Positions 58,920 to 64,000 of a stretch of 64,000 bases of DNA are shown one piece after another. Made by a program: the position numbers and the translations under genes. Numbering within the stretch: position 1 is the stretch's first letter; each line of letters begins with the position of its first letter. Below the pieces are notes generated by a model. The model searched no databases. It was not told the DNA's origin and was given only the letters and a program-made list of their open reading frames with translations. The stretch is taken from NCBI GenBank assembly GCA_018646625.1, contig JABGUJ010000002.1:164843-228842 (forward strand), read 5' to 3'. The stretch is from Candidatus Woesearchaeota archaeon (GTDB taxonomy: Archaea > Nanobdellota > Nanobdellia > Woesearchaeales > JABGUJ01).

Positions 58920-59478
58920 GTTTATTTCTACCTCTTTGCATTGCAGCCATGAGTTTTTCCAATGAGTCAATCTTCTTCATTAACTCGAGTTTTTCTTTGT
59001 CGTTTTTTTCGAGCATCTTACCAAATTTGACTAACTCAAAGTCTTTCTCACTGATGGTCTTCGATATTGATTGGAATTTCTTTAATTCTTCAGTTAATTT
59101 CGAGACGTTGCTTGAAACAGTTTTGATCTCAGATTCAAGTGCTTTATAATTACTAATGTGTTTTTTCATCTCAGTTACAACAACCTTAACTTGAGCTTCC
59201 ACATCCGCACTAATGGTTTTTTGCATGTGCTTTTTCTGATCTTTGAATGCTTTGATTTCTTGATCAAAGAGTTGTTGTGAAGAATCAATCTTTTTTGTAT
59301 TTTTCTCGAAATCTTTTTTTACGTCTTTATGAACAGTAGTTAATGAAGAAATCTCTTTCTTTAATGATTTTATATCCGCAGAGAGATTATTTACTTCTGA
59401 CGCAGTATTCTGTACTTCTGCGTTCACGGAGTCTATCATCTCTTTCGTATTTACAATATCTTTTATCTTGCCAAGCAT
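58906..59478 (-). CDS. Coiled-coil hypothetical protein
   Basis: Long heptad-rich Lys/Glu sequence. Confidence 0.7.
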   Translation of the reverse strand: MLGKIKDIVNTKEMIDSVNAEVQNTASEVNNLSADIKSLKKEISSLTTVHKDVKKDFEKNTKKIDSSQQLFDQEIKAFKDQKKHMQKTISADVEAQVKVVVTEMKKHISNYKALESEIKTVSSNVSKLTEELKKFQSISKTISEKDFELVKFGKMLEKNDKEKLELMKKIDSLEKLMAAMQRGRNKHARH

Positions 59479-59576
59479 ATAGTAAAACTTTGTTTATTGA
59501 TTTATAAAAGTTATCAATAAAAAACATAGAACAAAGAATAAAGGGTAAACAAAAAGAAAAAAGAAATTAGATCGAG

Positions 59577-59891
59577 TTACTTAATTGCACCATCAATCTT
59601 TTCTTTAAGACTATCTTTTGGGAATGCACCCACAAATCTGTCTACTTCTTCGCCATCCTTGAACATGATCAAGCAAGGAATACCAGAAATGTCATGTTCT
59701 CCCGCAACATCTGAGTTATCTTCAGTGTTTACCTTAGCAAATTTGACTTTGCCACTGTATTCCTCTGAAAGTTCCTCAAAAACAGGACCCATTCTCTTAC
59801 AAGGACCACACCATGGTGCCCAAAAGTCTACCAGTACCCAGCCTTCGCTAGTCTCTTTTTCAAAATTATCAGCATTTAATTCTAATACCAT
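59577..59891 (-). CDS. trxA: Thioredoxin
   Basis: DFWAPWCGPC, IP.L..FKDG; ATG 59891. Confidence 0.95.
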   Translation of the reverse strand: MVLELNADNFEKETSEGWVLVDFWAPWCGPCKRMGPVFEELSEEYSGKVKFAKVNTEDNSDVAGEHDISGIPCLIMFKDGEEVDRFVGAFPKDSLKEKIDGAIK

Positions 59892-59907
59892 TTCTTCCAC
59901 CTCATGT

Positions 59908-60834
59908 TTAATAATTAAAACTCTCATGACCAAGATGCTCGTTTGCGCTGAATGCAGCTTTAACACCATCAGCAGCAGCAGTTATGGCCTGATCGTAATC
60001 TTGATTTGTTATGTCGCCGGCTGCAAAAATCCCTTTCACGTTTGTTCTGCAACCTGAATCAACGTTAACTCTTCCGTTTTTTGCAAGCTCTACACCCAGT
60101 TCTATAGGTAGATAATTGTTAGGAATGTGACCTATGGCAATGAAAATACCATCAAGAGGTAATTCGTTTGAGTTGTTGTATTCTTTGTCAAGCACTACGC
60201 TTCCAACTTTCTTGCCTTCTTCGTTAGCTTTAACTTCAGTTATGTTTGTATTGTAAATCAACTCAATCTTTTCGTGTTTCTCTACACGCTGTCTATTAAT
60301 CGGTTCTGCCCTTAATTTATCTTTTCTGTAGATTATGTAAACTTTCTTAGCATATTTTGCTAGCAAAAGTGCCTCTGTTGCTGCACTGTCAGATCCGCCG
60401 ATGATTGCCACAGTTTTTTCCTTGAAAAAAGCAGCATCACAAGTTGCACAATAGCTAACTCCTTTACTGTAAAACTCTTTCTCTCCAGGGATACCTAACT
60501 TTCTAACATCTGAACCAGTAGCAATGATTACAGTTTTTGTTTCAATCTCCCCACCATCAGCAGTTAGTTTGAATCCGCCATCAATTTTTTTTATTTCTTT
60601 AACTTGTTCGTATTTTAGTTCTCCATTGAAAGATTTGTAATGTTCTTCTAGTTGAACTCCCAAGTCATAACCAGATATTGCTTTTATGCCTGGCCAGTTT
60701 TCGACTAAATGTGATTTGGCAATGAGTCCGCCAATTTCTGCTGCGAACACTAATGTTTTTAGGTTAAACCTAATTGAATAAATAGCTGCGCTAAGTCCTG
60801 CTGGACCGCCCCCGATAATTACAACGTCATACAT
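59908..60834 (-). CDS. trxB: Thioredoxin reductase
   Basis: GGGPAG, GVSYCATCD, IGGSDSA, FAAGD. Confidence 0.93.
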   Translation of the reverse strand: MYDVVIIGGGPAGLSAAIYSIRFNLKTLVFAAEIGGLIAKSHLVENWPGIKAISGYDLGVQLEEHYKSFNGELKYEQVKEIKKIDGGFKLTADGGEIETKTVIIATGSDVRKLGIPGEKEFYSKGVSYCATCDAAFFKEKTVAIIGGSDSAATEALLLAKYAKKVYIIYRKDKLRAEPINRQRVEKHEKIELIYNTNITEVKANEEGKKVGSVVLDKEYNNSNELPLDGIFIAIGHIPNNYLPIELGVELAKNGRVNVDSGCRTNVKGIFAAGDITNQDYDQAITAAADGVKAAFSANEHLGHESFNY

Positions 60835-60972
60835 TTTAGAGTATATTTTCCTAAAGATAGTATATAAAGCTTATCATAAAGGGTTGCATACATTGTTTAA
60901 TATGTTGTTTAGAGTGTTTAAGGTGTTGTTCGGTACAAAATCTTTAAATATCTATATTGCTACTGCATAAGT

Positions 60973-63432
60973 ATGACAAAATTAATGTTATATCCTTTGG
61001 AAGTGGACTATAAGGTAGTAGGTGGCAGGCCAAGGTTCTATATTTTTGGAAGAACGCAAAAAGGAGAGCAAATTTGTCTAATAGATGAAACATTTAGACC
61101 TTATTTCTATATTTTAATCAACCATGCAAACTTCGATAGTTTTGTTAAAAAGATAAAATCAATAAAAGCAAGACGTCGTGACAGAGAGTTTGGTGTGGTG
61201 GATGTTGAGATTGTAAGAAAAAAGTACAAAGGTGCAGAACAAAAGGCAATAAAAGTATATACAAAACTTCCAAAAGATATTGATGCGTTGGTGGATAAAA
61301 TTAAGGATCTGCCAGATGTGGCAGAGATTCTTGAAACCGATATATTGTTGATACGGCGATATCTAATAGAGAATCATATAACTCCTTGGGTATTGAGTGA
61401 AGCAGACGGAGAGGAAATTAATATAGGTCTTAGCATTAAGACATATAGAGTTTCATCCATATCTCAGAATTCTACAGATGTTTATGAGAATCCTAAGATT
61501 CTGGCATTTGATATTGAGACATATAATCCTACAGGGAAAGAATTTGATATGAGCAAGAACCCCATACTCATGATTTCTTTTTACTCTGATGGTTTTAAGA
61601 AAGTTATAACTCATAAGCGCATTAAGACAGATAAAGAATATATTACATTTGTTGATGGAGAAATGGAGTTGCTTGAGCAGGCTAAGAAAGTAATACAAGA
61701 TTTTCAGCCAGACATTCTTGCAGGATACTATAGCGACAATTTCGATCTTCCTTATTTAATGTATAGAGCAAAGAAATATCGTATTGATTTTGATATCGGA
61801 TTAGATAAATCCGAGCCAATGGTTAGAAGTGGATCTGAAACATCTATCAAAATAAGAGGTATAAGTCATGTTGATTTGTACAAAGTTTTTATAGGAATAA
61901 TGGAGCGACGTCTCAATCTTACATCTTATTCTCTAGATTCTGTTTCGGAAGCGTTGTTAGGAGAACATAAGGATGTTGTAGATATTGAGAATCTATGGAC
62001 AAGTTGGAACAATGAGAATGATGAAGAATTAGAAAAGTTTGCAGTTTATAATCTGAAAGATTCAGAGCTAACATATAGGTTATGTTTAGAAGCAAAAGAT
62101 GTTCTTCAAGAACTTGTTAGAATGGTAGGTGTGCCAATGTTTAACTCGGCGAGAATGGCTTTTTCTCAGTTAGTTGAATGGTATTTAATACGTCGTTCTG
62201 CAGATTTTGATGAAATAGTACCAAATAAACCTAACCATAAAGAGTTGGTTGAAAGAATGACGGCAGATTCCATTAAAGGGGGATTTGTGTTTACTCCTGA
62301 GCCTGGCGTGTATGAAAATCTTGCAGTGCTTGATTTTCGAAGTTTATATCCTAGTATAATTGTCACTCATAATCTTTCTCCTTCAACACTCAATTGTAAA
62401 TGTTGTAAATATAGTCCAAAGTATGTTCCAGGTCAGGATAAAAATTGGTTTTGTTCAAAGAAAGATGGTTTTATCCCTAAAGTGATTAGAGATATCTTGG
62501 ATCGTCGTACACGTATAAAGGATATGATATGGGATAAGAAAGAAGATGAAAGTGGTGTTTTGCATTCTAGAGAGTTGGTGTTGAAAACATTAGCAAATGC
62601 ATTCTACGGGTATCTTAGTTTTTTTCTATCTCGGTGGTATTCTAGAGAGTGTGCGTCCGCAGTGACTGCTTATGGTCGTAAATATATTACCGAAGTAATT
62701 AATTGGTCAAGTTCAGAAGGTTTTGAGTTGGTGTATTCGGATACGGACTCTGTATTTCTAATATTGCATGATAAAGAAGTTAGTGATATTATCAAATTTA
62801 GGGATAAGGTTAATGATTTTCTTCCTGGTTTGATTGAGTTAGAGTATGAAGGGCATTACAATAAAGCATTGTTTGTCCCAACAAAAGATGGTACCGGAGC
62901 AAAGAAGAAGTATGCTTTGATGGATTCACGGAAACATATAACTGTGAAAGGATTTGAATTTATTCGACGTAACATTCCTAAGATTGCTCGTGAAGTACAG
63001 TTTGAGATCATTCGCTTAATATTGCGCGATGAGAAAGATAAGATTAAGGATTTCCTGGATAAAATGATTAACAGAGTTGAAGATCATAAAATTCCAAAAG
63101 ATAAACTGATTATTAGTACTCAATTGTCAAAGAAGATAGAAGATTATGAAATGATAATGCCGCATGTTGCAGTTGCCAAAAGAATGATTGAGCAAGGTCA
63201 AGATGTGTCGGAAGGAGATATTATTGACTATGTTATTTGTAAAGGCGAAGGGAAGTTGAAAGATAAAGCTCGCGTACCTACAGAATGTGATTCTAGTGAA
63301 TATGATGCAGAGTATTATATTAATAACCAGATTATCCCAGCAGTAGACGGATTACTATCTCTAGTTAATATGGATCCAGCTAGATTTAACTATGATGGAA
63401 AAGATCAAGAAAAGTTAGATAAATTTATCTAA
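60973..63432 (+). CDS. polB: Family B DNA polymerase (archaeal), catalytic motifs intact
   Basis: FDIET, FDLPYL, YNLKDS, DFRSLYPSII, KTLANAFYGY, YSDTDS, KKKYAL. Confidence 0.95.
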   Translation: MTKLMLYPLEVDYKVVGGRPRFYIFGRTQKGEQICLIDETFRPYFYILINHANFDSFVKKIKSIKARRRDREFGVVDVEIVRKKYKGAEQKAIKVYTKLPKDIDALVDKIKDLPDVAEILETDILLIRRYLIENHITPWVLSEADGEEINIGLSIKTYRVSSISQNSTDVYENPKILAFDIETYNPTGKEFDMSKNPILMISFYSDGFKKVITHKRIKTDKEYITFVDGEMELLEQAKKVIQDFQPDILAGYYSDNFDLPYLMYRAKKYRIDFDIGLDKSEPMVRSGSETSIKIRGISHVDLYKVFIGIMERRLNLTSYSLDSVSEALLGEHKDVVDIENLWTSWNNENDEELEKFAVYNLKDSELTYRLCLEAKDVLQELVRMVGVPMFNSARMAFSQLVEWYLIRRSADFDEIVPNKPNHKELVERMTADSIKGGFVFTPEPGVYENLAVLDFRSLYPSIIVTHNLSPSTLNCKCCKYSPKYVPGQDKNWFCSKKDGFIPKVIRDILDRRTRIKDMIWDKKEDESGVLHSRELVLKTLANAFYGYLSFFLSRWYSRECASAVTAYGRKYITEVINWSSSEGFELVYSDTDSVFLILHDKEVSDIIKFRDKVNDFLPGLIELEYEGHYNKALFVPTKDGTGAKKKYALMDSRKHITVKGFEFIRRNIPKIAREVQFEIIRLILRDEKDKIKDFLDKMINRVEDHKIPKDKLIISTQLSKKIEDYEMIMPHVAVAKRMIEQGQDVSEGDIIDYVICKGEGKLKDKARVPTECDSSEYDAEYYINNQIIPAVDGLLSLVNMDPARFNYDGKDQEKLDKFI

Positions 63433-64000
63433 CCTTTAATGTTGTAAACAGTTCTTGTAGGGTATGGAATTCCTATCTTATTCTTATTCAATATGTCGTA
63501 GATTCCACTTACAGCTTTTTCTTTTGATGAAACTCTGTCACCTACATCTCCAACCCAGAAATAAACTTTAAAGTTTAGAGAAGAATCTCCCATTTCTAAG
63601 AATCTTACAACTGGTTCAGGATCATCTAGAACGCCGTCTATTTTGTTAATCACAGATAGAGCTAGCTTTCGCACTTTTTTGTGATCAGAACCATATTCTA
63701 CTCCAAATGGTACTACAACTCTTGCCTTAAGTGTAGGTAGTTTCCAGTTAGTTATCCTGCTGTTAGCAAGACCTCCATTTGGAAAAATCATTAATTCGTG
63801 ATCCCATGTTTCTATCTTTGTGGATCTTAATCCAACATCTAACACTTTACCGCTAACTCCGTCAATCTCAACAGAATCTCCTACTTTGAGTGCTTTGTCC
63901 AGAATTAATTGTATTCCGCCAAAGATATTTGAAAGACTGTCTTTAATAGCAAAACCAATAGCGAGACCAGCAATACCTAAACTTGCAATAAATGGACCTA
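63429..64000 (-). CDS. mscS: Small-conductance mechanosensitive channel (5' end beyond window)
   Basis: Frame open to the window edge: ASLGIAGLAIGFAIKDSLSNIFGG, KVGDSV, GLRST, PN, GIPYP. Confidence 0.9.
   Translation of the reverse strand, partial: GPFIASLGIAGLAIGFAIKDSLSNIFGGIQLILDKALKVGDSVEIDGVSGKVLDVGLRSTKIETWDHELMIFPNGGLANSRITNWKLPTLKARVVVPFGVEYGSDHKKVRKLALSVINKIDGVLDDPEPVVRFLEMGDSSLNFKVYFWVGDVGDRVSSKEKAVSGIYDILNKNKIGIPYPTRTVYNIKG

Noticed and set aside
59577..59969. N-terminally extended TrxA (and extended TpiA, ERCC4 and pilin starts) in the ORF track
   Set aside because: Extensions overlap neighbouring genes or promoters; downstream ATGs match family N-termini
60973..63432. Inactivated PolB2 or mobile-element (casposon) polymerase
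   Set aside because: Exonuclease and polymerase motifs are intact; no cas1, terminal repeats or protein-priming context; flanked by housekeeping genes

Overview
AT-rich, very gene-dense archaeal chromosome segment. Archaeal ProRS, psmB-aCPSF1, DUF655-rpo4-rpl21e, sepF-ZPR1, archaeal TpiA and PolB, together with bacterial-type gyrB, apt, dusB and lgt and many Cys-rich exported proteins, suggest a DPANN archaeon, most likely Woesearchaeota (inference). Bases 1-~6070 are the right end of a tRNA-integrated mobile element. It has a 3' tRNA half as att site, divergent small regulators (one a 42-aa RHH gene missing from the ORF track), an SSB-like/ERCC4/MCM-like ATPase module, a terminase-small-subunit-like gene with no visible large terminase or capsid genes, and protease/TPR cargo. 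This layout resembles a phage satellite (PICI-like). A second notable locus pairs a canonical bacterial Lgt head-to-head with an archaeosortase around one exactly centred palindromic TATA box, with a PEF-CTERM substrate next door and lipobox proteins elsewhere in the window. Other content: a 13-kb surface-protein operon with a 3164-aa Cys/Asp-rich protein, a type IV pilin-like cluster, a cluster of modular exported proteins and housekeeping genes. No rRNA, complete tRNA or CRISPR array was seen. All family assignments come from motifs read by eye, not from database searches.
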